50,185 nt of DNA from Candidatus Eiseniibacteriota bacterium. Lineage in GTDB: Bacteria > Eisenbacteria > RBG-16-71-46. The notes below the pieces were generated by a model that was not told the origin of the DNA, ran no database searches, and saw only the letters and a list, made by a program, of their open reading frames with translations. This document shows, piece after piece, positions 25,283 through 34,700 of this stretch. Numbering within the stretch: position 1 is the stretch's first letter; every line of letters starts with the position of its first letter. The stretch is from positions 1 through 50,185 of the forward strand of contig DATEMP010000086.1 of NCBI GenBank assembly GCA_035275545.1, read 5' to 3'. The position numbers were made by a program, and so were the translations under genes.

Positions 25283-26308
25283 ATGATGCGCTCGCGGGCC
25301 GCCCTGGCGGCGGTCGCTGTCGCGCTGCTGGCGTCGGGAGGAACCTTGCTCGCGTCGCCGGATTCCACCGCCCTCGGGCGCCTGCGGGCGGACGCCAAGG
25401 CGCTGCGTCCGCTGGTGCGATCCTCGTCCGCGCGCGCGTTCCTCGCCGCCACCGGCTCCCTGCCGCACGTCGCGCCGCGGGTGGTATGGCGCGACTCCGC
25501 GCGCACCCGCGCGTGGACCGACACCGAGGCGCGGGCGCTCGCCGACACGACGCGCGCGCGGCTCGTGTCACGCGAGTACGACGAGAGCTTCTACTGGAAC
25601 ACGCGCTACGGGTCGCCGCTCGCCTACGTGCGCGCGATCGAGATCCTCGCCGGGAACGGATTCGGCTCGATCGCGAAGAAGCGGATCGCCGACTTCGGCT
25701 GCGGCACCATCGGGCACCTGCGCCTGCTCGCCATGCTCGGAGCGGAGGCGCGCGGGATCGACGTCGATCCGATGCTGCGCGTCCTGTACGCCGAGGCCGG
25801 GGACCAGGGTGCGGTGCGCGGCCCGCTCGGCACGCGCGGCAGCGTGACGCTCTCGATCGGCCGCTGGCCCGCGGAGACGGAGATCCAGACCCAGGTAGGG
25901 GACGGCTACGACCTCTTCCTGTCGAAGAACACGCTCAAGAACGGCTACATCCATCCCGCCCAGGCGGTCGATCCGCGCATGACGGTGCAGCTGGGCGTCG
26001 CGGACTCGGTGTTCCTCGCCGAGGTTCACCGGGTGCTGCGGCCCGGGGGGCGCGTGCTCATCTACAACCTCTGTCCCGCACCCGCCGCGCCCGGCAAGCC
26101 CTACATCCCGTGGGCCGACGGCCGGTGTCCGTTTCCCGAGTCGCAGTGGCGGGCCGCCGGGTTCCGCGTGGTGGCGTTCGACCGCGACGACTCGCCGGCC
26201 GCGCGCGCGATGGGCCACGCGCTCGGGTGGGATCGCGGGGAGAGCCCGATGGACCTCGAGCACGACCTGTTCGCCACCTGGAGCCTGTTCGAGAAGCCGA
26301 TCCGCTGA
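25283..26308 (+). CDS. Class I SAM-dependent methyltransferase with an N-terminal signal-like/unknown extension
   Basis: Motif I is IADFGCGTIGHL, followed by ARGIDVD. Post-II and motif III-like segments are YDLFLSKNTL and VLRPGGRVLIYN. The N-terminal ~130 aa begins with the hydrophobic segment MMRSRAALAAVAVALLASGG. Confidence 0.75.
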   Translation: MMRSRAALAAVAVALLASGGTLLASPDSTALGRLRADAKALRPLVRSSSARAFLAATGSLPHVAPRVVWRDSARTRAWTDTEARALADTTRARLVSREYDESFYWNTRYGSPLAYVRAIEILAGNGFGSIAKKRIADFGCGTIGHLRLLAMLGAEARGIDVDPMLRVLYAEAGDQGAVRGPLGTRGSVTLSIGRWPAETEIQTQVGDGYDLFLSKNTLKNGYIHPAQAVDPRMTVQLGVADSVFLAEVHRVLRPGGRVLIYNLCPAPAAPGKPYIPWADGRCPFPESQWRAAGFRVVAFDRDDSPAARAMGHALGWDRGESPMDLEHDLFATWSLFEKPIR

Positions 26309-26321
26309 CCGGCCCGGCGCG

Positions 26322-27860
26322 TCACGGGTCGCCGGCGTGCCGCTCCCACCAGGCATTCGCATCGGCGGGCGTCCACGCCGCACCATCGACGACCGCGGCG
26401 AGCCGGGCGTCGAGCCGGTCGGCGTCCGGCGGGCGTTGGGCGGGATCCTTCGCGAGACACGCCATCACGGTGTCCTCCAGCGCGGCCGGAATCGGCTGCT
26501 TCGCGCGCCCCGCGAGCGGGGGAGGCGCGGACTGCGCGTGCATGCGCAGGAGCTCTCCGGCGTCGTCGGAATCGAACGGCGTCTCCCCGGCGAGCAGCCA
26601 GTAGGCGACGCAGCCGAGCGCGTAGAGATCGGTGGCCGGCGAGACCGCCTGCCCGAAGATCTGCTCGGGGGCCATGTACCCGGGGGTTCCGAGCCGGACG
26701 GTGGCGCGCGTCACGTCCAGCGCGTCGCCGGCGGTGGGCTTCGAGAGGCCGAAGTCCAATACCTTGAGGAAATCCTGGTCGCGGCCGTAGCGGCACAGGA
26801 ACAGGTTCGAGGGCTTGATGTCGCGGTGGATGAGGCCGCGCGCGTGAGCCTCGCCCAGCGAATGGCAGGCCTGTCGCAGCCAGTGGACCGCGCGCCGCGG
26901 CTCGATCGCACCGTAGCGGTAGACGAAGTGCTGGAGGTTCGTGCCCTCGAGCAGCTCCATGACGTAGTAGAGCGAGGTCTCGGCGCTCACCCCGAAGTCG
27001 TAGAGCGCGACCGTGTGCGGTGAGGTGAGGCTGGCGGTGACCTGCGCCTCGTGCGAGAAGCGCGCGAGTGCCGTGTCCCGTGCCTCGCGCGCCCCCTGGA
27101 GGTGCTCGGGCAGCATGAGCTTGACCGCTGCCCTCCGCGCCAGCAGCAGGTGGCGCCCCTTCCACACCTCCCCGGCGCCCCCGCGACCGATGAGGTCGAG
27201 CAGCTCGTAGCTGCCCACCATCCGCGCGGCCGCCGCCTGGCCGCCGGCGCCGTACACCGCGCGGGCCGCGACCGAGGCGATCCCGACCGCGACCGCTCCA
27301 CCCACCCACGCGGTCCAGAAGTCGGAGGGGCGCACCGCGATCCTGCCGGTCGCGACCAGCGCCGCGAGCCCCGCCGGCATCGTGAGCGCGCACAGGCTCG
27401 AGACCAGCAGCGTGGTGCGCGGTCGCGCCGGGACCAGCAGCGGGAACAGGATGATGACCGGGATCACCCAGGTGATCCCCGGAACGCTCCCGGTGCGATC
27501 GAACGTGGCCCAGGGGTCGGCGACCGAGATGAGCGCCGAGAGCAGCACCTCGACCCCCAGCGCGATCCCCAGCACCGCGCGGTCGGCGAAGTTCGAGAAG
27601 CTCGCGACCAGGAGCAGCGTGCCGCACAGCAGGAGCGAGAGCAGGTCGTGGGTGAGGTCGATCCGCCGCTCGAGTGCCGAGCCACCCAGGACACCGCTCG
27701 CGTCGACGGCGAGGAACACCGCGAAGGCTACGGTGCCGATCGCCGCGGCGATCCGGACGCGCCCGCGCGAGTCGCGCAGGAGATCGGAGGGAAGCTCGTA
27801 GGCGGCTTCGGGTGCGGGCCGCAGGGCGGCGAGCAGTCGTGCCGGGAGCACCCGCTTCAT
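26322..27860 (-). CDS. Hanks-type Ser/Thr protein kinase with an N-terminal polytopic membrane domain
   Basis: ORF 26322..27959. ATG 27860 is preceded by GGAGG. About 230 N-terminal residues contain roughly 6 hydrophobic helices. The kinase motifs follow: GRGGAGEVW, AAVKLM, IHRDIKPSNL, DFGLSK, GYMAPE. Confidence 0.9.
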   Translation of the reverse strand: MKRVLPARLLAALRPAPEAAYELPSDLLRDSRGRVRIAAAIGTVAFAVFLAVDASGVLGGSALERRIDLTHDLLSLLLCGTLLLVASFSNFADRAVLGIALGVEVLLSALISVADPWATFDRTGSVPGITWVIPVIILFPLLVPARPRTTLLVSSLCALTMPAGLAALVATGRIAVRPSDFWTAWVGGAVAVGIASVAARAVYGAGGQAAAARMVGSYELLDLIGRGGAGEVWKGRHLLLARRAAVKLMLPEHLQGAREARDTALARFSHEAQVTASLTSPHTVALYDFGVSAETSLYYVMELLEGTNLQHFVYRYGAIEPRRAVHWLRQACHSLGEAHARGLIHRDIKPSNLFLCRYGRDQDFLKVLDFGLSKPTAGDALDVTRATVRLGTPGYMAPEQIFGQAVSPATDLYALGCVAYWLLAGETPFDSDDAGELLRMHAQSAPPPLAGRAKQPIPAALEDTVMACLAKDPAQRPPDADRLDARLAAVVDGAAWTPADANAWWERHAGDP

Positions 27861-27940
27861 CGCCCGACCTCCGGGAGTATACTCGCGTCCGGCTTCGGTC
27901 CTGTGTCCCCTCACCGAAGCCGACGTCGCGAGGCGGCCGC

Positions 27941-30604
27941 TTGAACCGTATCGATCCACCCGATTCGAATCCCGCGCACACGGTGGGCGAGACTCTGCTC
28001 GGTCGATTCCGGGTCGAGAGGATACTCGGTCACGGCGGCATGGGGGAGGTGCTTCTCGCCCGCGACACGCTGCTCGACCGGCGGGTCGCCCTCAAGCGCC
28101 TTCGCCCCGGCGGCGAGGCGGGCGGCCGGCGCAGCGCGATGCTCAAGGAGGCGCGGCGCGCGAGCCAGGTGAACGACCGGCGCATCGCCGCCATCCACGA
28201 CGTCCTCGAGCTCGACGACGACCTCCTGCTGGTCATGGAGTACGTGGACGGCATCACGCTCCGCGCGCGGATGAAGGAGCCGGTTCCGATCGCCGAGTTC
28301 TGGAGGATCGCCGGCGAATCCGCGGGGGCGGTGGCGGCGGCGCACGCCCACGGGGTCATCCATCGCGACATCAAGCCCGAGAACCTGATGCTCACCGGGA
28401 ACGGGCAGATCAAGGTGCTCGACTTCGGGATCGCGCGGCGCGCCGACGCGCCCGCCGGAGGACCCACCGGCGACGCCACGACCATGACCGCGGAGGGCCG
28501 CCCGGCGATGATCGCCGGCACGCCCCAGTACATGGCGCCGGAGGCCCTCTACGGCGGCCGGATCGACGCGCGCACCGACATCTTCTCGCTCGGCACCGTG
28601 TTCTACGAGCTCCTGGCCGGGGAGAATCCGTTCGCCGCGCGGAGCTTCGATGCCGTGCTCGAGCGCGTGATGACGCTCGTGCCGCCGTCGCCCCGCGAGC
28701 GCAATCCCGAGGTGTCGGAGGCGCTCGCCGGGGTGATCGCGCGCATGATGGCCAAGGACCCCGCGCAGCGCATCCCGTCGTGCGACGAGGTCGTGGCCGT
28801 GCTCGAGGAGGCGCGGCTTGGGCAGGCACCTGCGCCTGCGGGGTTGGCGGCGCGGCCGGCCGCCCGGGGCAAGCTCTGGCCGAGGCTGCGGAGGTTCTCC
28901 TTCGTGGCCGCGATCGCCGCGCTGGCGGGCGGCGGCTGGGCGACCTGGCGTGCCATGGCGGTGAGCATCGATCCGGAGCGTCGGAACCTGGCGGTGCTGG
29001 CACCGGTCACGCCGGGGGCGAGCGAGGAGTTTGCCGCCTTCTCGGTCGGCGCGATGGATCGGCTGGCGGCGCGGCTCCGGAAGCATCAGGAGGAGCCCGG
29101 CGTTCAGGTCGCATCGTTCCAGACGGGCCTGGACGAGCACGTCGGCACCGCTGCGGATGCGCGGAAGGTTCTGGGCACGGACCTCGCGGCGATCGCCACG
29201 CTCGAGCAGCGCCCGGACGCGTTTCGCGCGCGGCTCGAGCTGTGGGACACGGCACGCGGCCGAAGGATCGCGGCGCATGCGATCGAAGCCCCCGTGGCCA
29301 GTCCCTTCGAGTTCCTCGACCGCGTCTATCGGGAGTTTGCGTCCATGCTGCGCCTGCGAACCCGTGCCGGTGACGCCGGCGGCGAGATCGGCGTGCGCGG
29401 CGCGGGGACCCTGCGCTTTCTGCTTCAGGGGATCGGACGGCTGCGCTCCGCGGCGCGGGCCGACCAGGCGCGCCGCGCTGCCGACGATCTCGAGCTCGCG
29501 TGCCGTACCGAACCGGATGCCCCGGCGGCGCTCGCCTGGCTCGCCACCGCGGAGCTTCGCTCCTTCGAGCTGGGCGACAGCTCCCGGATCGCGAACGCGG
29601 AGGCGGCGGCGCGCGAGGCGGTACGCAGGGACAGCACGCGCGTCGAAGGACAACGGATCCTGGGCCGCGTGTTGCTCGTGCGCAAGGAGAACGCCGGGGC
29701 GCTGGCCGCGCTGCAGCGCGCCTTCGCGCTCGATCCCACCGACGACGACACCCCGCCGCGCCTGGGGAGCGCGTACCGGCGGGCGGGAGCGCCGGAGAAG
29801 GAAAGGGAGCTGTTCCTGTCCGTCATCGCGAGGCGTCCGCATTGCTGGCAGCCGTACTGGTGGCTGGCGAATTGGCACCACCGCCGCGGGAACGTCGACA
29901 CGTCGATCGACGCGTACCGCCAGATGGTGCGCAGCGCCCCGGTGTATGACAAGGGCTACGCGAACCTGGGCGGCCTGCTGGTGCTGCGCGGCGACTACGC
30001 AGCGGCGATCGATACGCTCAAGCGCTCGGTGGCGTTGCGTCCCACGAAGGTCGCGTTCGACAACCTCGGCACCGCGTACTTCAATTCAGGCCGATTGGAC
30101 GCGGCGGTCGACGCCTACAACCAGGCGTTCCAGTTCGGCTTCGCGGAGTACGACGAGTGGCTCAACCTCGGTGACGCCTACTACTGGCTGCGCAACCGTC
30201 ATGACCAGGCGTTGCAGGCGTACACGCAATCGGTACGGCTGGGCCGCGAGCGGCTGGCCGCGCGCGCGCGGATTGGCAACTCTTTCGACGCCATGACCGT
30301 CGCCAATCTGTCGACCGTGTTCCCCAAACTCGGCCAGCCCGACAGCGCGCGCGTCTACATGGCGCGCGCGCTGGCCGCCGACAGCGCCAACCCGATGGTG
30401 CAGATGTGCGCGGCGATCACCTGCCGGCAGCTCGGCGACAGCGCCCGCGCGAACGCGTGGCTCGCGCGCGCGGTCGAGGGGGGCTATCCAGTCCCCTGGC
30501 TCCGCGACTCACCGGTATTCCAGGAGTGGCGCCGAGAGTCCGGGTTTCAATCGCTCATCGCGGGCGCGGGGACCGCGACGGGGCAGGCATCATCCCCGAA
30601 CTGA
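27941..30604 (+). CDS. Hanks-type Ser/Thr protein kinase with a TM segment and a C-terminal TPR-repeat domain
   Basis: ORF 27674..30604. The upstream part overlaps the divergent kinase. A likely TTG start at 27941 (or GTG at 27983) sits just before the kinase core: GHGGMGEVL, VALKRL, IHRDIKPENL, DFGIAR, QYMAPE. A TM segment (FSFVAAIAALAGGGWATW) and multiple TPR-like repeats follow. Confidence 0.9.
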   Translation: MNRIDPPDSNPAHTVGETLLGRFRVERILGHGGMGEVLLARDTLLDRRVALKRLRPGGEAGGRRSAMLKEARRASQVNDRRIAAIHDVLELDDDLLLVMEYVDGITLRARMKEPVPIAEFWRIAGESAGAVAAAHAHGVIHRDIKPENLMLTGNGQIKVLDFGIARRADAPAGGPTGDATTMTAEGRPAMIAGTPQYMAPEALYGGRIDARTDIFSLGTVFYELLAGENPFAARSFDAVLERVMTLVPPSPRERNPEVSEALAGVIARMMAKDPAQRIPSCDEVVAVLEEARLGQAPAPAGLAARPAARGKLWPRLRRFSFVAAIAALAGGGWATWRAMAVSIDPERRNLAVLAPVTPGASEEFAAFSVGAMDRLAARLRKHQEEPGVQVASFQTGLDEHVGTAADARKVLGTDLAAIATLEQRPDAFRARLELWDTARGRRIAAHAIEAPVASPFEFLDRVYREFASMLRLRTRAGDAGGEIGVRGAGTLRFLLQGIGRLRSAARADQARRAADDLELACRTEPDAPAALAWLATAELRSFELGDSSRIANAEAAAREAVRRDSTRVEGQRILGRVLLVRKENAGALAALQRAFALDPTDDDTPPRLGSAYRRAGAPEKERELFLSVIARRPHCWQPYWWLANWHHRRGNVDTSIDAYRQMVRSAPVYDKGYANLGGLLVLRGDYAAAIDTLKRSVALRPTKVAFDNLGTAYFNSGRLDAAVDAYNQAFQFGFAEYDEWLNLGDAYYWLRNRHDQALQAYTQSVRLGRERLAARARIGNSFDAMTVANLSTVFPKLGQPDSARVYMARALAADSANPMVQMCAAITCRQLGDSARANAWLARAVEGGYPVPWLRDSPVFQEWRRESGFQSLIAGAGTATGQASSPN

Positions 30605-30616
30605 AGGAGGTCGCAG

Positions 30617-30925
30617 ATGCCCAGCCACACCATCATGGTCACCGTCGACTCGGGAGCGATCCAGGTTCAGCCGGACACCCTGGTCATGACCACACAGGAC
30701 GAGGTCCAGTGGGCGACGACCAACGCGCAGCGCTTCTCGATCGAGTTCGACGGCGCCGGACCGTTCCCCGCCAGCCTGCTCGCATACGACGCCGCCAGCG
30801 CCAAGCAGAAGCCGAAGACCAAGGGTCGCTTCAAGTACACCGTGGTCTCGGAAGCCAATCCCGGGCTCAGACTCGACCCGGTGATCGTGGTCGATCCTCC
30901 GCCCACCAGCGGCACGGGGGAGTAA
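30617..30925 (+). CDS. Hypothetical 102-aa beta-rich protein coupled to the TPR kinase
   Basis: Starts 13 nt after the kinase stop with a GAAGGAGG RBS. GC3 is high. No signal peptide and no motif I recognise. Confidence 0.65.
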   Translation: MPSHTIMVTVDSGAIQVQPDTLVMTTQDEVQWATTNAQRFSIEFDGAGPFPASLLAYDAASAKQKPKTKGRFKYTVVSEANPGLRLDPVIVVDPPPTSGTGE

Positions 30926-30959
30926 CGCTCAGGGCCGGCCATGATTCGGCGCGGCGCGC

Positions 30960-31583
30960 TCAGCGCACGTACTGGGCCGCCTCGCCGATCCAGCGGGTGG
31001 TTTCCTCGGCGTCGCGGAATCCGCGCGCCTTGACCATGCGTCCGGTCGCGGGGGAGAACACCACCAGGGTGGGGAACGCGACCACGTCGTAGCGGCGCTG
31101 CAGGTCCTCGATGTCGGACGGGTTGCGTCCGTCCTCGCGCTTGCGGTCCACGATCGACACCGGGATGACCGCGGTGCGCACCGCATCGCCGTAGGTCGGG
31201 TCCTCGAAGACCAGGCGTTTGAGGCGCTTGCACGGCGGGCACCACTCGGCGTTGAAGTCGAGCAGCACCGGCTTGCCGTTGCTGCGCGACTCATCGAGCG
31301 CGCTCTCGTAGGTGGTCCAGTCGGAGACCTGGCGGGTGGTCCGGCGCCGCGAGGACGACGACGGGGCCTCGACGATCTTGACCGCCACGAGCTCGGCGTC
31401 CACGGCAGGCGCGGCCGCGACGGGCGCGGCAGCAACGGGCGCCGCCGCGACCGGAGCACGCTGCGCCGGCACGTCGGGGGTCGGCAGCTGACCGATGCCC
31501 CAACCGATCACAGCCGTGAGCGGGATCAGAAGCAGCAACCACAGGATCGGGCCGATCGAGCCTCCACCGCGCGTGATCGACAT
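30960..31583 (-). CDS. Membrane-anchored thioredoxin-fold protein (Thioredoxin_7-like, WCPPC active site)
   Basis: ORF 30960..31667. ATG 31583 is preceded by GGAGGA. TM anchor ILWLLLLIPLTAVIGWGI and a (PVAAA)x3 linker. The fold signature is KPVLLDFNAEWCPPCKRL ... AFPTLVVF. Confidence 0.85.
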   Translation of the reverse strand: MSITRGGGSIGPILWLLLLIPLTAVIGWGIGQLPTPDVPAQRAPVAAAPVAAAPVAAAPAVDAELVAVKIVEAPSSSSRRRTTRQVSDWTTYESALDESRSNGKPVLLDFNAEWCPPCKRLKRLVFEDPTYGDAVRTAVIPVSIVDRKREDGRNPSDIEDLQRRYDVVAFPTLVVFSPATGRMVKARGFRDAEETTRWIGEAAQYVR

Positions 31584-31834
31584 GACGTCCTCCGTCGTGA
31601 CCGGCCGCGACCGCGACGACGTGCAGCAGGCGCGTGATCCGGTCATGGGGTTATCGGCCACGGGCACCGTTTGGCACAGCGAAACTCGATTCGCGACGTG
31701 TTCGCTGTGGCCGCAGGCACCTGCGGTTTGTTAGCTTATCGTCACGCGGGCCGCGTCCCGTCCGCCATCATTCGAAGCAAGCGATGTTTCTCGCGACGGC
31801 GTCCCTGGCTTCGGGGCCGCCTAGGGGGGTCACG

Positions 31835-34645
31835 ATGAGGAGTCGCTACGCCCTGGGAATGCTCGTCATGGTGCTGGCGGTCGCGGGGGGCTTGTCCCGC
31901 GCGGCGCTCGCCAAGGATCCGCCGACAACCCTGCCGATCACGATCGACGCCCTCACGGTCGAGGCGACCGTGGCCCGGGGACCGATCCAGGTGGGGGTGG
32001 TGTCCGGCGTGCCGCGCACCATCTACAACGTCAGCTACGCGGTGACCCCGGCCGACCCCGAGATCATGGCCCGCCAGTATCTCAAGGAGAACCGCGCGAT
32101 CCTGCGGCTCTCCGATCCGAGCCTCGCCGACCTCTCGGTGCGCGCCACGCGTCGCGGCCTGGCGGGCACGACGGTGCGGTTCGAGCAGACGTTCCAGGGA
32201 ATCCCGGTGCTGGTGCCGGACGTCGCGGTGACCATCGATAAGGCCTCGCGCGTCATGTACGTCACCAACGGTTACGCGCCGGGTGTCGCGGTCACCTCGA
32301 CCACGCCGTCCGTGAGCCTCGCCTCGGCGCGCGCAACCGCGATCGCGCACCTGAACGTGAGCGGTACCCTCGCGAGCGAGACCTCGCGGCTGGTGGTGGT
32401 GCCGGAAGACAAGGGCGGCCGCCTGGCGTGGCAGTTCAAGATGGTGCCCCAGGCGACCCCGGTCGGTGACTGGGAGGTGCTGGTCGACGCGAAGACCGGC
32501 GTCGTGTTCCACGCCGTGGACCGGGCGCTCTACGCCACCGGCTCGGGCTTCGTGTACGACCCGGATCCGCTCGGCACCGCGCACGCAACGTACGGACAGG
32601 CGGGCTACACCGACGCCGCCGACGTCACCACCGCGCAGCTCGACGCCGCCCGCTCGAGCCGCACGCTCAACGACATCACGGACATCGGCGGCGGGATCTA
32701 CAAGCTCCAGGGGCCGTGGGCGCAGATCGTCGACTTCGAGGCCCCCAACAAGGGCCTGTTCACGCAGGCCAGCACCACCTTCAACTTCGACCGTGCCGCG
32801 GACGCGTTCGAGGCGGTCAACTGCTACTTCCACATCGATCAGATCATGCGCCACATCAACGTGACGCTGGGCATCCCCCTCACGCCCTTCCAGTACGTGG
32901 GCGGTGTGCGCTACGACCCCTCGGGTCTGAGCGGCCAGGACAACTCGCATTACATTCCCAGCAGCGGCCAGATCGCGTTCGGTGAGGGGGGTGTCGACGA
33001 CGCCGAGGACGCCGACGTGGTCATCCACGAGCTGGGCCACGGCATCCACGACTGGCTCACCTCCGGCTCGCTCTCGCAGGTGAACGGTCTGAGCGAGGGC
33101 ACCGGCGACTACGTCTGCCAGTCCTACAGCCGCAGCCTCAACCAGTGGGCGTCCAACGAAGCACCGTACAACTGGACGTTCAGCTGGGACGGTCACAACG
33201 AGTTCTGGGCGGGACGCATCACCAACTACGGTGCGCTCTACCCGGGCGGACTCACCGGGGCCATCCACACCGACGGACAGATCTGGGCGACCTGCCTGAT
33301 GAGGATCTGGAACGACATCGGCCGCAACCAGACCGACAAGGCGGTGTTCGAGGGGCTGTCGATGACCAACTCGAGCACCAACCAGAACGACGCCGCGCAG
33401 GCGGTGCTGCAGGCGGCGGTGGCGATGGGCTACTCGAACTCCGAGATCAGCGCCATGGCGTCCCGCATGCAGGCCACCGGCTACACGGTGAGCGTGGGCG
33501 TCGATTACGTGGCGAGCGCGTTCACCGACGCGTGCCCGACCGATGCCGGCCAGAACAACGGCATCCTGGAGCCGGGGGAGGACTCCGACGTCATCGTGAA
33601 CATCAAGGCGGCGACGTTCGCCCGCACCGGGGTGAGCGGCGTGCTGACCACCAGCACCCCGGGGGTGACGATCGTGGACGGCAACGCGACCTGGCCGGAT
33701 CTCTCGCCGGGCGTCTCCACGCCGTGCGACGCCCCGTACTTCAAGGTGCACCTCGATGCGACCGTCCCGTGCCTTTCGACCATCAACTTCCAGCTCGCGG
33801 TCACCAGCAACGAGGGCGGGCCGTTCCCGATGGCATTCACCCGCGGCGTGGGGTCGGCGGTGACGCCGTCCGGGCTGCCGCTCGCGATCCCGGACGCCGC
33901 GCCGGCGGGAGTCACCAGCACGCTGTCGGTGGGCTCGAACCTGACCCTCACCGACGTCAACGTGCGGGTCGCCATCACCCACACCTACGTCGGGGACCTC
34001 TTCATCAAGATCAAGAGCCCGGCCAACACCGAGGTCATCCTGCTGGATCGCCCGGGCGTTCCGGCGTCGACGTTCGGCTGCGGCGACAACGACATGAACG
34101 TCACGTTCGACGACGCCTCGGGCACGGTGCTCGAGAGCTTCTGCTCCGGATCGACGCCCTGGTTCAACGGCACCGGGAAGCCGGTGGGATTGCTCTCTGC
34201 GTTCAACGGGCAGTCGACGCAGGGTAACTGGGTGCTCACCGTCTCCGACCTCGCCGGACAGGACCTGGGCAGCGTCACCGCCTGGGAGCTCATCACCCAG
34301 CCGCCGATCGTGGGCGTGTGCGACACCTGCGCGAACCTGGTGGGCGTGCCGCTTCCGACGCGGGGAAGCCAGATCGCGCTGGGCGCCAATCACCCGAATC
34401 CGTTTTCGCTCACCACCGACATCACCTTCGACCTGCCGCGGGCAGGACGCGCGACGCTGCGCATCTACGACGTGGCCGGCCACGTGGTCGCGACGCTGGT
34501 GGACGGCGAGCTGCCCGCCGGCCCGCACACGGTGAAGTGGGACGGGAGGGACCAGTCGCGGACCAAGGTCGCCTCGGGCGTCTACTTCTACAAGCTTTCG
34601 ACCGGGAACGATCACGGCATGCGGCGGATGCTGGTCGTGCACTAG
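31835..34645 (+). CDS. Secreted zinc metalloprotease (thermolysin-fold, M4/M36-like) with a propeptide, a proprotein-convertase P-domain and a FlgD-Ig/T9SS-like C-terminal domain
   Basis: ORF 31634..34645. ATG 31835 gives the signal peptide MRSRYALGMLVMVLAVAGG. An FTP/PepSY-like propeptide is present. HExxH is VVIHELGHGIHD, with a downstream LSEGTGDY. The P-domain is VRVAITHTYVGDLFIKIKSP..GNWVLTVSDLAGQDLG. The C-terminus is NPFSLTTDITFDL..LRIYDVAGHVV..GVYFYKL. Confidence 0.88.
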   Translation: MRSRYALGMLVMVLAVAGGLSRAALAKDPPTTLPITIDALTVEATVARGPIQVGVVSGVPRTIYNVSYAVTPADPEIMARQYLKENRAILRLSDPSLADLSVRATRRGLAGTTVRFEQTFQGIPVLVPDVAVTIDKASRVMYVTNGYAPGVAVTSTTPSVSLASARATAIAHLNVSGTLASETSRLVVVPEDKGGRLAWQFKMVPQATPVGDWEVLVDAKTGVVFHAVDRALYATGSGFVYDPDPLGTAHATYGQAGYTDAADVTTAQLDAARSSRTLNDITDIGGGIYKLQGPWAQIVDFEAPNKGLFTQASTTFNFDRAADAFEAVNCYFHIDQIMRHINVTLGIPLTPFQYVGGVRYDPSGLSGQDNSHYIPSSGQIAFGEGGVDDAEDADVVIHELGHGIHDWLTSGSLSQVNGLSEGTGDYVCQSYSRSLNQWASNEAPYNWTFSWDGHNEFWAGRITNYGALYPGGLTGAIHTDGQIWATCLMRIWNDIGRNQTDKAVFEGLSMTNSSTNQNDAAQAVLQAAVAMGYSNSEISAMASRMQATGYTVSVGVDYVASAFTDACPTDAGQNNGILEPGEDSDVIVNIKAATFARTGVSGVLTTSTPGVTIVDGNATWPDLSPGVSTPCDAPYFKVHLDATVPCLSTINFQLAVTSNEGGPFPMAFTRGVGSAVTPSGLPLAIPDAAPAGVTSTLSVGSNLTLTDVNVRVAITHTYVGDLFIKIKSPANTEVILLDRPGVPASTFGCGDNDMNVTFDDASGTVLESFCSGSTPWFNGTGKPVGLLSAFNGQSTQGNWVLTVSDLAGQDLGSVTAWELITQPPIVGVCDTCANLVGVPLPTRGSQIALGANHPNPFSLTTDITFDLPRAGRATLRIYDVAGHVVATLVDGELPAGPHTVKWDGRDQSRTKVASGVYFYKLSTGNDHGMRRMLVVH

Positions 34646-34662
34646 CGGCGCACACAACGGCA

Positions 34663-34700
34663 ACGGCCGCCTGGGATCACCCGGGCGGCCGTTTCGTTTG
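34663..34700 (+). terminator. Rho-independent terminator
   Basis: acggccgcctggg-atca-cccgggcggccgt forms a 13-bp stem (one G-U pair) followed by ttcgtttg. It lies 18 nt after the protease stop. Confidence 0.8.

Noticed and set aside
31410-31454. Three imperfect 15-nt tandem units encoding (PVAAA)x3 in the thioredoxin-fold protein
   Set aside because: It is a short Pro/Ala-rich linker between the TM anchor and the catalytic domain. This is low-complexity spacer sequence rather than a functional repeat element.
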